DNA from: Amoebidium appalachense
Taxonomy: Eukaryota; Protista; Ichthyosporea
Length of the DNA stretch: 64,000 nt
Assembly (NCBI GenBank): GCA_963693365.1
Contig: CAVNZM010000005.1
Location: forward strand, 12,237,728 to 12,301,727
Direction: 5' to 3'
The notes below the pieces were generated by a model. It searched no databases, was not told the origin of the DNA, and saw only the letters and a list, made by a program, of their open reading frames with translations. The position numbers were made by a program, and so were the translations under genes. Of this stretch, positions 31,478 through 44,486 are shown one piece after another (within the stretch, counting starts at the first letter, position 1; each line of letters starts with the position of its first letter).

Positions 31478-33096
31478 ACTCCCTCTCAAAGTTATTATCG
31501 TGCCACATGTGTGGTAAATTGCGAGTGAGCGGTCTTGGGGTGAAGGCTTGCCAAGGTATGTTGTATACACACAGGGACACACTGTTTTCGCGTACTTAGC
31601 CATATGTAAGTTGCCGGTCTAGACGTGCCTTCAGCTCATGCAACACTGGCGTTTTTCCTTGTTGGTTCCACACATGGAAGCACATGTGCACGGATCCCTA
31701 CATTTCATTGAATTTTTTTGCGCCCAAAAACGCACAACTTCACAGCTTCGATGTTTGTCATACCTGTGACATTCCCTCGAGAGCCCCCCCCCCCCCCCCC
31801 CCACCCCCCACCCACCCACCCATCCACCCACCCAACACACATACACACACACCACCACCACCACCACCGTGGCTATTCCCTTTTCCATAGTCTCTGCCCC
31901 TCTCTTCCCAAATTTGCGGCGAGGTTGTGGAATATCGATGTTGGGAGCAAGAAAAAATCCAACAACAAGGCAATTCAATCTGTGATCTAGGTTCAAAGTA
32001 TCGTACAATATTGTTCCGGTCAGTTCAATACAGTTATTATTCCCTCAGGGAGGTCGGTGCCACTTCTTGTGGCCAGGATCGGTCCAAAAAAACAAAACAA
32101 AAAAAAGGTGCACCTAAGAAAAACCACATGTTAAACTCTGAGGCTCCCCCCTCCACCTCTACTCCGTCTTCTTACCCACCTGCCCTGTAGATGGTTTGGC
32201 TTTGCTGCACACCTGTAGGAGTCTTGGGACCTAATATATGTCGGAGCACCGGCACAACACAGGTATATATATATGCATCATATTTGATATTCGGCATACA
32301 CCTGCACACCATTTTTACCTTGTGCTATTCTCCATTTCCGGTGACACATTTTATCTCGTCACCAGTACTGCACAAGAGGGTCGGATGCAGCTATGTATAC
32401 CTATGATTTGCACTTTTATTAACATGGTTGCTTACATACGTTTTTAAACTTTGTCTCTGCCCCATGCACGGCATTCGAATCTCTTTTGAAAGTACGTGCA
32501 GACGATCCTCAAGCTCGAAACTTCACAAATGTGTGACATGCATCCTGCGAGTATCCGGATCCAATACATGTGGTTTGGTGCAAGATGCACTTATCCTTAT
32601 CTCCACAAACATGCACGTCGTATGTACTTAAATTTTTATTTTTTTTTTGGAAAGGGGGAGGGGGGGAGTGCTGTATGTATGTACTTTGTGTGTTTGTCTA
32701 GGTGATTCTCATTGGCTAGTATGTGGGAAAGGACACTGAAGGGCTCGCATGAAAGGGCAGATCGGGGAGTCAACGAGGGTGAAAGGGGCCGGGGTCACGG
32801 GGGCGGCGGGGGGGGGGGGGGGGGGGGGGCTCCATCTGTTAAATTTGCAGAATGAATATGGCACACTCGTCAGAAACGTCAGTTTGCCAAACCTCTTTTG
32901 TGGATGGTCAAAGAGAGCCACTCTCGTTAAGGGGGACATGGGTACGTACGAACTCGAGAACAGTAGGCTTCGGGGGCAAGGTTTTTTGGATGGTGGGGCT
33001 TTAACTTGAGCTTGGCTTGGTGATTCAATCAAACTTGATGAGAGGTCGGTGGGCGCAGGGGGGTGATGGAGTAGGGGTGGGACTGAGGCAGGGCCG

Positions 33097-33137
<41 letters not shown>

Positions 33138-33172
33138 GGAGGAAGGGAGGGAGGGAGAGGGAGAGAGAGAGA

Positions 33173-33225
<53 letters not shown>

Positions 33226-34037
33226 GGGGGGGGGAGGGGGGGATGGGGTCGAGACAACCTGCAGGCCCTGGTGGTCCGTGATTGAGAGAGGATGAAAAAG
33301 TTGTCAACTCGACATGGCTGTGCAACAGTGCAAGGTAGTGTGTTGGGGGAACTCTGAGTGGCGGGAGCTAGGTTGTGCGTGAGAACGGGACGTGGGTGCA
33401 CCCCGGGTTGGTGGTAGTTGTGGTTGGGTTAGGGGGGGCATGCAACGTGTAATATGCAGACCAACACGGGGGGGGGGGGGGGGGGGGAGGGAGGTATGCG
33501 GACGGGAGCTTTGTGTGTGTTGTCCGGAGGAAACCGTTGGTCCGTTATCGAGTATGTACTGTACTGTAGTGCACGTGAAAGGACAGCTCAGTTCGAAAGG
33601 CTATCACAACACAAGTTCATGTGCTTGATGTAATAACCGATGAGAACGAGTAACAAGATGGAAACATGGGGTGGGAGCTGGAAACTGAATACGACGAATC
33701 AATGAACAGAGAATGGGTGTATACGTGTAGGTGGGCCTGGAATAGTTGGGTGGGTGGGTGAGGGGGGGGGGGGGGGGGGGGGGGGGAATAATTGTGGGGA
33801 AGTGGGGGTGCATATAGGACGAATAAGTGTGTGGGTTGTGGAGAGGCCCGGGAAGAGAGGAAACTAAAAATTTTGGAACGGTGTACAAACAAAAGTACAC
33901 ACAAATCTTACTCGAAAAAGCAACAGCACAAGCACAAGGAGGCAGACATGCGGTAATTGAGCTACACACGTGCAGTTGCAAAATGTGGAGCATGGTCCTA
34001 TGTACAGGTATTGCACGATAACAGCTTTGAAGAGGGT

Positions 34038-34053
34038 GGTGTTTAGAAACACC
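34038..34053 (-). terminator. Variant histone mRNA 3' stem-loop (H3)
   Basis: GGTGTT-TCTA-AACACC followed by ACCCT and CAAAGCTGTTATCGTGC. Confidence 0.85.
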
Positions 34054-34084
34054 AATGTTTTTGCTCTCTTTCACAAGAGACACT

Positions 34085-34766
<682 letters not shown>

Positions 34767-35144
34767 ATGCCTCCCAAGGGTGGAAAGAAGGCCGAGAAGA
34801 AGGCCGGCGAGGGTGGTGCCGCCGCCGCCGCCAAGAAGGGCGACAAGAAGAAGAAGAAGAAGAGAAAGGAGAGCTACAGCGTGTACATCTACAAGGTGCT
34901 CAAGCAGGTGCACCCCGACACCGGCATCTCTTCTAAGGCCATGTCTATCATGAACTCGTTTGTGAACGACATCTTCGAGCGTGTTGCCGGTGAAGCGTCC
35001 AAGCTTGCCCTCTACAACAAGAAGTCTACCATCTCTTCTCGCGAGATCCAGACGGCTGTGCGTCTGCTTCTGCCGGGTGAGCTTGCCAAGCACGCCGTGT
35101 CTGAGGGCACCAAGGCCGTCACCAAGTACACGTCCAACAAGTAA
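34767..35144 (+). CDS. H2B: Histone H2B (125 aa, intronless)
   Basis: [43 protein letters not shown]...[34 protein letters not shown]. Confidence 0.99.
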   Translation: MPPKGGKKAEKKAGEGGAAAAAKKGDKKKKKKRKESYSVYIYKVLKQVHPDTGISSKAMSIMNSFVNDIFERVAGEASKLALYNKKSTISSREIQTAVRLLLPGELAKHAVSEGTKAVTKYTSNK

Positions 35145-35179
35145 GCGTGTGCGTGGTATTACTAGCACGAAAACAAACT

Positions 35180-35195
35180 GGTGTTTCTGAACACC
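35180..35195 (+). terminator. Variant histone mRNA 3' stem-loop (H2B)
   Basis: GGTGTT-TCTG-AACACC followed by AACCC and CAAAGGAGTTTATCGT. Confidence 0.85.
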
Positions 35196-35689
35196 AACCC
35201 CCTTCCCAAAGGAGTTTATCGTTTCACAACTTGTTCTCACACTAGAAGTCTCAAACACCTTGCTTCCTCTCTATCATCGCGTGCATAACAAAACAGGATG
35301 TTAATGGTGCGTGGGTGTGGTGTGGTGGTGTTCTCATGGTCTGTCGCCGTACTACGGTTATGAGTTAGTTGGCCTACGTACGGGGTTTACGCTGTTTACT
35401 CGAGGCAAAGAGAGACCAGTCTCAGGTATGGGGGTATGCCTCGTCCACTTGCACATAGCACGATTTATTTTACTGCCGTAATAGAAGAATTTCAAGTGCA
35501 GGACTCACACATCAGTGTGGGCCGGGCAACATGATTGCCGACCGTGGCGTGGATTGCTGTGCTCCTGCCCTCACAACCACAGGTTCGGCATCCTGTTTTT
35601 CCCAATTCCATGCAAGGAACCGGAAGCTTTGAACAAGAGATAGACGACTCAACTGTTCACACTGAGGCTATCCGTTTTATTTCATTTTA

Positions 35690-35790
35690 TTTAGGCTCAC
35701 TCTGCGCAGCGGGTACAGCCTGGCATAAGAGCTAATACCAAAACTAGCAGCTGTTCCCATGTCGTCTAAATAGAGATGTCACGTGCATCC
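35690..35790 (-). pseudogene. Probable Penelope-like reverse transcriptase relic (catalytic segment)
   Basis: In-frame YLDDMGTAASFGISSYARLYPLRRVSLN (YLDD at 35761-35772), resembling the Y(I/L)DD...IYP..L pattern of Penelope-like RTs. Confidence 0.4.
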
Positions 35791-36296
35791 TTCTACCAGA
35801 AATGTCATTCTGATAAGTTAGTGCAGAGAAGCATAAGGCACAACAGCAACATGGTTATCATGATGACATTTCTGGTAGAAGGAAGAAAAGAAGAATTTCA
35901 GCACAGCTCATACTGTAACCACCAGAACTGCGTTGAGTTTTCCTTACTGACCTCAATGACAGTCTCCTCGGGGACGGTCATCTGCACGGTCTGTAGGCAA
36001 ATCATTTGTTAGCTTTCTACAGGAATATGGCTGCCCGTAAACTTGTAATGGTCTGAAGGCGCCAGGGGAAAGATCTGTCAGTAGCTTCAAAATTGACCAC
36101 CCTGGGATGTGGCAGGTTTCACGGGGGGAGGGGGGACCACACAAAAGCAGCCGGGCCCCAGGTCCTCAAAGATCTAGGGACACACAGACCTGCCCCATAC
36201 ATATACGACACGAGACAGTCTACAACGAAACGTCCCCTGGGGTTGGGGTTGGTAAAAAGGTTGGTTTTTTTTTTGGTTTTTTTGTTGTTGTTGTTG

Positions 36297-36339
<43 letters not shown>

Positions 36340-36411
36340 CGTTTTCGAATTAAGCCCCTCCCTCCCCCTCTCCCAACTGCTTCTACCACAACCACCAAAA
36401 TCACTACCGCC

Positions 36412-36475
<64 letters not shown>

Positions 36476-36490
36476 CAAATACACACGCGT

Positions 36491-36531
<41 letters not shown>

Positions 36532-36829
36532 ACAATGGTGCACATACAATATTGCACGAATATAACTGACATTGTATCCACTGGCAGACTTGAACAACAG
36601 CGCACACGCACGCGTGCAGGCGAAACACAATATCAAACACTATAGCACAGCCCCCTCTCTCCCCCCCCTCCGCCCCCCCCCTCCCTCCCTCCCATCCCCC
36701 CTCCCCCCCCCCCCCCCTCCAAACCACCACCACCACCACCACACACACACACACCGCCCCTCCTTCCACTCTTAACCCCCCCATCCCCCCCCCCCCCCCT
36801 CCCTCCCTCTCCCCCCCCCCCCCCCCCCC

Positions 36830-37471
36830 CCGCGCACCTCCCCTTCTTCAAAAAATCGAAAAGAACACCCACCGTGTACTCGGAGATCACCCTCTTTGCC
36901 AGGCCTGACGCCCACTCCTCATCCTTCAGTGTGCCCAGCACCCTCATCAGGCTCAAGAGAACATCCCCACGCGGTGTTCGAGTTGGGAGCATTTTCTTCA
37001 ATGCACCAATGAGCTTTTCCTTCTGCGTGCGTCCTTGCACAAACCTGTCGAACAGTTCTGTTGCTGCAACCAACGGAATTTTTTCCGCCGACACCAACTT
37101 ACTTATTGCCAATCGCAGTTTTTCCGCTTGCGCCGCTTTGAGAGATACATTCATCTCCGATGGTTGTAGGTCCCGATGTAGAAGCTCACCCACCCACCCA
37201 TTTCCATTATGGAGCGAGCAATGTTTCTTGCGTGGTGAAGGCATGAAAGTGTGGCCATGGATAGAGAACCGGGTGAAGCCAAACACCGACACATGTAGTC
37301 ACGAAGTGTCACGGCGGGTGCGGGTAGAATATTGTTGGTCGGTGGATTTGTTGGGTTGGGGTATTCAGTGGAGGAAGAATCCTGCATGATGAGGGCGACT
37401 TCCTGCGTGATAGAGTGATGTATGTAAGAGGCGGGGTTTGGGTGGTAGGTGTCGTGTGTGGACAGAAACAT
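36830..37471 (-). pseudogene. Family X copy 3, frameshifted
   Basis: ORFs 37151-37471 and 36633-37292 joined: NILPAPAVTLRDYMCRCL...LSMATLSCLHHARNIA / NGW...ISKLVSAEKIPLVAATELFD...EEWA. Confidence 0.55.
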
Positions 37472-37790
37472 TATGATTCGCTCAGGCTAAAACGGTCTTA
37501 AAGGGGTGGGAGAGGTGAAAACATGAAAGGTATGAGTATAATAACATAGCGCGGCACACGAATGTTGTTGTTCGGTTGGGTTTTTTGTGCCGGGGTATTT
37601 GGTGGAGCATGGGTCTGGCTTGGTATGTGTGGCCTCCTGCTTGACTGAGTGATGTGTATGAAAGATGAGGCGGTGTATGGATGATAGGTGTTGTGTGTGG
37701 ATGACAACACTAGGATTTGCTAAAACAGTCATTAGGGAGTGGGAGTCACCAACAAAGCAGAGTATAACAACATAGCACCACACACGAACA
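37330..37790. repeat. Diverged two-copy tandem duplication (about 235-bp period) at the 5' side of family X copy 3
   Basis: GAGTGATGT...GAGGCGG...TAGGTGT(C/T)GTGTGTGGA...GCTAAAAC...GAGTATAA(T/C)AACATAGC occurs twice. Confidence 0.75.
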
Positions 37791-38569
37791 ACATGAAGAA
37801 CGAGCACTTGCGCCTAATAGCCATCCACAGTATAAATATGGTACATATGACCATTTCTGGGGCCGTAAGCCTCTAGGTTTGTGCTAGGATACCCGACTTC
37901 TCTGTACATTACACACACGCTCCTACACCTACCTCAATAGTAGCCAAGCTGGTGTGTTACTCCCCTGTTTTCAACCGTGCAGATCACAGGCATAAAGCTA
38001 CCACCCACCTGTTCCCATATGTTGCATTCTTCCTTTTCCTGTGTGGGTAACGAGTCGGTGGTGGTGTAGGCTGCAATCGTGTTGGGTGAGATGACTGGTG
38101 AGGGGTGTGGATTTGCGCAGTTTCTCTTTACGCTGTGCCCTGAAACTGTGACTCCTGGTGAGGTGGTGGGGGGAAGGAACGGTGGCTGGGGTGGTTGAAG
38201 GCATGGGGAGGTGCTTGCTGTAGGTGGTGCTGATTAGTTAGTAGCGGGGTGTGTGCAGGTGTGTTTATGGAGTCGGTGATTTGGCTTTCCGATAATGGGA
38301 AGAAAATCCCCTCCCCCCCCCCCCTCCACCCCCCACCCCCATCCCACCCCCCACCCCTCACCCCGCTCTGCCCCCCCCCCCCCCCCCCCCAAAAAAAAAA
38401 AAAAAAAAAAAAGAAAAAACACAAGCAACAAGAACAAAGAAAAAAAGAAACTCGCACTCACGCACACACATGCACTCCCGCACACACATGACAGACAACA
38501 CAATGCAGACTGCAAAGTGAGTATACAGAATAATCAGCTTGATGAGGGGGAAAAGGAGCCCGTCTTCCA

Positions 38570-38614
<45 letters not shown>

Positions 38615-40260
38615 CTATCTACAGTACCCGAGTTTCAACCCATTCACCTCGTCAACGAAACCCAACTCAGACGACGTTGGGGAGTGGGGAAGGGGGGGGG
38701 GGGGGGGGGGGGGGAGGGAGGGGGGGCAAGCCGTTGTGATCTGGCTGGCTATGCAGGGTGCCGAGGTCTGGTGTCGTTGGAGGCACATTCTCTTTGCGAA
38801 GCGAAGAACCCATACTGATTCGTTGGTGCAGGTTGGTGTTGCCGTGTGTAGTCAACGCCGTTAACGGTTTTCGTTTGCGCCAGTGAACATGTGCTGCTTG
38901 TGTGGGTGTGCTCTTGTCGAGGTTTGATGTCTCGGAGAGGGAATTAATAGGGCACATCTGTTATTCAACATGGGGCTGAATGGTGGTGGCTGGGTGGATG
39001 GCTGTGTGGGTGGCTGTGGGGGGCATGGGCCGGGTGGGTGGGTGGGGGCGGAGTCCCACTGCATGTTGGGTGGTATAGGTGATGTAGGTACCGAACCTGG
39101 TAGAGAGAAAGACATGGGTGAGAAAATGGAGAAAATTAAGGATTTACTGTGCCTGCACTTTTGAAAACGTGTTTAACCCGAGGCTGTGGCACACATAGAG
39201 GGTATGGTAGGCATCAAGCACTCACAAAACTAATCACACGTCACAACCATCCAAACTCCCTTGTTTGTATATAGCTTTACTGTGTTATCGTAGCTTGGTT
39301 GTTTTGCTCGTGTACGAAGGTGCTCTGGAAGAGTGTTTTGCAGGAGTATAGGTGCAGGCATGGGGAGCCGCGTATACCAGCATCACCATCTACCTATACT
39401 ACACTCTCGACACTGCCCCATGCGTCCTTTGTGCAACCTTCTACGAATACAGACTGATCGTGGCGTGTCCGGCCCAGGTTCATATGTCACGAACTCCCAT
39501 TTTGAAGTCTGTGCAGGAAAAGACTATGGGGTGGAAAGGAACAAAATAGAGATCTACTACTTTTTTAGCGAGCTCCTATTGGTCAACGGCAAACAGCCAA
39601 TATCGAGGTTACACACTATTCGAATGTAATTTGAAGTACATAAAGCCTTTTTCCTAACAGTAAACAGGCTTTGGGTGGCTAATAAATTTTTTTTTGTAGT
39701 GCCTTGTAGATAGCGCAGTGGGCAAATATGGACCGGCGCAGAGCTAGAGTCATGACTCATGAGCCGCGCCGGTCAGTCAGCCAATCAGCGGCTGTTAGCC
39801 TCCTTGAATCTGGTCACATCAACCAATCGCGTAGCCCTAAAAAAGTAGTATCGTTTCTATTTTGTTCCTTTCCTCCCCATACTATCAACCATGTATATTG
39901 CGGAGGCATTCAAAGAGAGATAGTTTCCTCGTGGTATTCGCGGAGGAGGAGCGGGGGGAGGGGGGGAGGGGGGGGGGAGGGGGGTGTGTCAGCGGATATG
40001 GAACCCAGAAATGGGGAATGCACATGTAAGTTATCGCTTGATTGGTAGTATGCATAGGCTGTCAATATATGACAGGAATGAGATGAGGACAGATATTCTT
40101 GTATACGAAGGTAATCCACATGCCGTGCATGTGCATGCAACGTTCTGTTATGTCTGTCGCTCTTTCTCACTCACACACACACACACACTCTCTCTCTTTC
40201 TCTCTCGTCCCCTCCCTCCCTCCCTCCCTCCCTCCCTCTCCCCTTCTCTCTCCGCAAGCG

Positions 40261-40351
<91 letters not shown>

Positions 40352-40487
40352 ACCCAAACACCCATGTGTAGTACATGTACGAGCGGGTGTGGGCACTACC
40401 GAGTGCGTGCCTTGTGTGTTTCCAATTAAGAGGTTTGTACCGATGTTGTTGGCACCTTTTTTTTTTTTTTTGGTGGGGGGAGGGGGG

Positions 40488-40524
<37 letters not shown>

Positions 40525-41201
40525 TGGCTGCAGGCTGGAAGGCCGAAGGGAGGCAAGGAGGGAGAAGGGGGGGGGGGGGGGGGTTAGAGTTGCATCATTG
40601 ACTACGAAGTACATACCCACAACGGGTATCAAGAGTGGAAAAAAGAAAGTGTCACCGAGCATGCAACACAGTTACTAATCCCCTTCCACAGGGAGGTTCA
40701 AGAGAAAGCGCTGAGGTATAATGCACGCCTGCTTGCATCCACCAGACACACTCACAGATACACTCACAGACACACACAGACACACGCACAGACACACTCA
40801 CAAACACACTACAGACACACTCACAAACACACTCACCTGGATGTGTATTTTGATGCCACACAGGCATGGGTATGTAGCTGCCCAGAGCAGTGTAGACGTA
40901 GTTGGGGTGAACGGCAGCAGCACCCGTCTGAAACCCCTGCACACTCCAAGGCGCAAAGGGCTGCAGAAGAGTATGGAACAGATTAGGAAATCTGTATCCT
41001 TGAATGGTAACCGAACCCCCCCTCCCTCCCGCCCCGCCCCGCCCCCCCCTCCCCCCTACACACATACACACAACACTACCACCACCATTACCGCCACAGA
41101 CAGCAACACAGCACACAGACAAATGGTACATGCACATACACAGGGCACACGTGGGCGCACACACACACAGACACACAGACACAGAGAGACACAACACACC
41201 T

Positions 41202-41243
<42 letters not shown>

Positions 41244-41289
41244 TTCCACACAAACACAAACAACAAACGCACGTGTGCACGCACACAAA

Positions 41290-41327
<38 letters not shown>

Positions 41328-42280
41328 ACACACACACAAACACGCACACCGCACCTTGCCTCCCACTCTCTCTCTTTCCCTCCCCCCTCGCCCCCCGCCC
41401 CCCTCCTCCCACTCCTAGGGCCCCTACCCTTCCCCCTCCCCGCCCCCCCCCCCCCCCCCCCCCCCCCCCCTGACCCACACACACTGCCTGAAGGCCCAGT
41501 CATCACCTCTTCCCACCTTGCCTCCCTCTCCCCCCCCTCCCCCCCCCCCCCTCCACACCTCCCACTCCTAGCCCCCCCCCCCCCTCCCCCCCCCCCCCCC
41601 CCCCCACCATTACCATCACCACCACCACCACCCCTCTCCCCTCCCCGTCCCCTTCTACCCCCCCAGAGCAACTCAAATCGGATCAATCAACACCACCTAA
41701 AAGCTGAAGCTTCCCCTTGCCTCCATTGTCTAAAGCCCCTCCCCCCCTCCCCCCCCCCCCCCCCCCGGTGTCTCCTCCACTTATCCTTGTAGACACCTGC
41801 ATTCCATAACTTCCAGACTCAATATCACACTGGGCGACACGCGCTTCCGCGTGCACGGTAGGGTGGGCAGGCCATGAACCGGGGATGTTGTGTTCTTGTG
41901 TTGGCTGGTGGGTGTTGAATGCACCGTTTTGCACCAAGAGAGAGTCTTGGTGGGTGAGGATGACCGTGGATGGGTCGAGGACATGTGTGCTACTTGTGGT
42001 GGTTGATAGGCCTGCAGGTGGAAAAGTGTGCATGTGTGTGTTATTAGCTCGTAGGTGATTGTTCATGCAATGGCTGTAAACTTTCAGGATGACCAACCGT
42101 GTTTATCAGGATCATGCCCCCCCCCCCCCCCCCCCCCCCCCACACACACACACAAAAAAAAAAAAAAACCACCCCCACCCCCTCCCCATCCCCCCACACA
42201 CATGGCCTTCTCCCCCCCCCCTCCCCCCCCCCCCCCCCCCCCAAACACACACACACACAAGCACGCGCGCGCGCATACAT

Positions 42281-42347
<67 letters not shown>

Positions 42348-43318
42348 TCACTCTCCCTTATTCTTTTAGAACTTCACATGTGATTCATTGTGTGCCCCTG
42401 TGTGTGTATGTTCCCTAGCATGCTTGTGATCTCACACGTGTGTGGTAGCTACAACACGTAGGGGCTCGTTTTGCAAAAAAAAAAGCGCCCCAACCATATT
42501 GATGAAGTGTCTAGATGCCAGTTTGCAACCAAGATCGCAGGTGAACACGTGCCTGTGTGGTATGTATGTGCCTGTGTGCACGTGTACGTGGCTGGGTGTG
42601 TGTGTGTGCACGCGTGTCCGTGTGTGCTTTTGTGTGCTAAGAACACATGTATGGAGTTGGTCTACGTGGCCATGGCAGCGTGCACCGAAACCACATCCGG
42701 TGCATTTTCAGCCGTTAGAAAAACATATAGCCCAAACGGGCCATCATAAAAATTCACAACTGAACAAAACAGGTGTGCATTCACAACAACGGTACACGCA
42801 TACCTCAGGCACGTTTTTCGAACAGCAGTGGTATCCCCATGGTCAAAAAAAGAGGGGAAAAAAAGTTGGGGGGGGGGGGGGGGGGGGGGGGCGGAGGGGG
42901 AAAGGGAAAAAAAGGCGTCACCCACCTGCAGTCTTCCAAGAGGCCCATGGCTCATTCTCGAAAATGTTGTCGTGAATAGATCCCCCCACTTTAGTGTGCC
43001 GGCCTGCAACAGTGATTGGGTGTCAGCTTATAATCGTTAAGTGATAGAAATAAAAACAACGATCGTGTGATGTACAAGGAATGGTGTTAGTATCGGAGGG
43101 GAAAAAGGAGAGGTAGGTGGTGTCCAGACGGGGTTGTTCAGTTCAAGTTTCCTGGATACTTTTCTTTCTTTCTTTTTTGGGGAGGAAGGGAGGGAGAAAA
43201 AGTGGGAGGGGGGGTGTTGGGATTGGGGGAGAGGGGGGAGGGGGGGGGGGGGGGGGGGGAGGGGGGGAGATATTGCACCTGAGGACATCAGCAATCTTTG
43301 GTGTAAGTGAGTGAGTGA

Positions 43319-43471
<153 letters not shown>

Positions 43472-43574
43472 TTAGGGAACACACTTGTATGAAACTCCGC
43501 ATTGCACAACTTCATACCATTTGCCAACTCCTTAAATTATTCTCCAGCCGTACTGTCCGCGCCGTTATATTCCT

Positions 43575-44179
43575 TCATCTGCTCTGTGTTGCCTCAAGGA
43601 GAATGAGTACCCGTGACACTATCTCATCCAGCGGTATGTTGCTCGGGAAATAGGAATCAAGTTCTCTGCTCCATTTTCCAATTCCTTTGTGTGTGGGTCG
43701 GAAGAAACCACATATGTACTTTGCAGCAAGGGGAGGAATCCTGCAATCTAGCACAAGGATCTCCATAGTAGTTAGCAACAACCACACACTTAGGCCCTTT
43801 ATGATGGCGCCTTTCTCCTTGTCGTTAATGGCTCTACCCAGAGTATTATCACTCCACCCTTTGCCATGCGCGACCTGTGCTAAGTGGGAAGCGTAGCCCA
43901 AGCATGCCCACGTTAACACGGAGAGTTTCCCCCAGGCACGTTCGAAGCGACAGCGGCGGTTAGTAGGCGTAGAAAGTATTCGTGTAGAGAGTCGGTGGTG
44001 TTGGGTAGGATATTGCGCCCCGGCCCTCCTGTGTGTTGTTTGAAACACAGCTGCCGTATAAACGACGGGTCGGGTGTATGTGGGGCCTGCGGTGTGGAGT
44101 TCCATGAGTGGTTTGTTGTGGTGTGAGTGCCTTGTGATGTTCGCAGGAAGATCATGGGTTTTTCTACTTCATACACCAT
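43575..44179 (-). pseudogene. Family X copy 4, frameshifted
   Basis: ORFs 43913-44179 and 43575-44105 joined: NILPNTTDSLHEYFLRLL / LSVLTWACLGYASHLA...KGW...MEILVLDCRIPPLAA...YFPSNIPLDEIVSRVL. Confidence 0.55.
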
Positions 44180-44243
44180 TTACACATCATTGTGGTAAAA
44201 AAAATGGTGTTGACGAGAGAGGGAGGGAGGAAAGGGCGCGGGG

Positions 44244-44287
<44 letters not shown>

Positions 44288-44486
44288 CAGTGGACAAACG
44301 AAGAAGATAATCTTGTGCAAGCCCGTGCTCTGAACAGACTCGGCATCTATGTACCAGATAGGCTAGAAAGTAAGCAAAGGGAAGGCTAGAGAATATTCCG
44401 CCTTGACACCAGCTGCTATCACTACAGTTAATCATCGTTCCCTTTACAAACCATCTGTTACTCTCTATTCATTCCCTTCATCCCCC

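Noticed and set aside
34012-34030. GCACGATAACAGCTTTG on the plus strand as the U7 snRNA gene itself
   Set aside because: It is simply the opposite strand of the H3 downstream element, and no Sm-like site follows.
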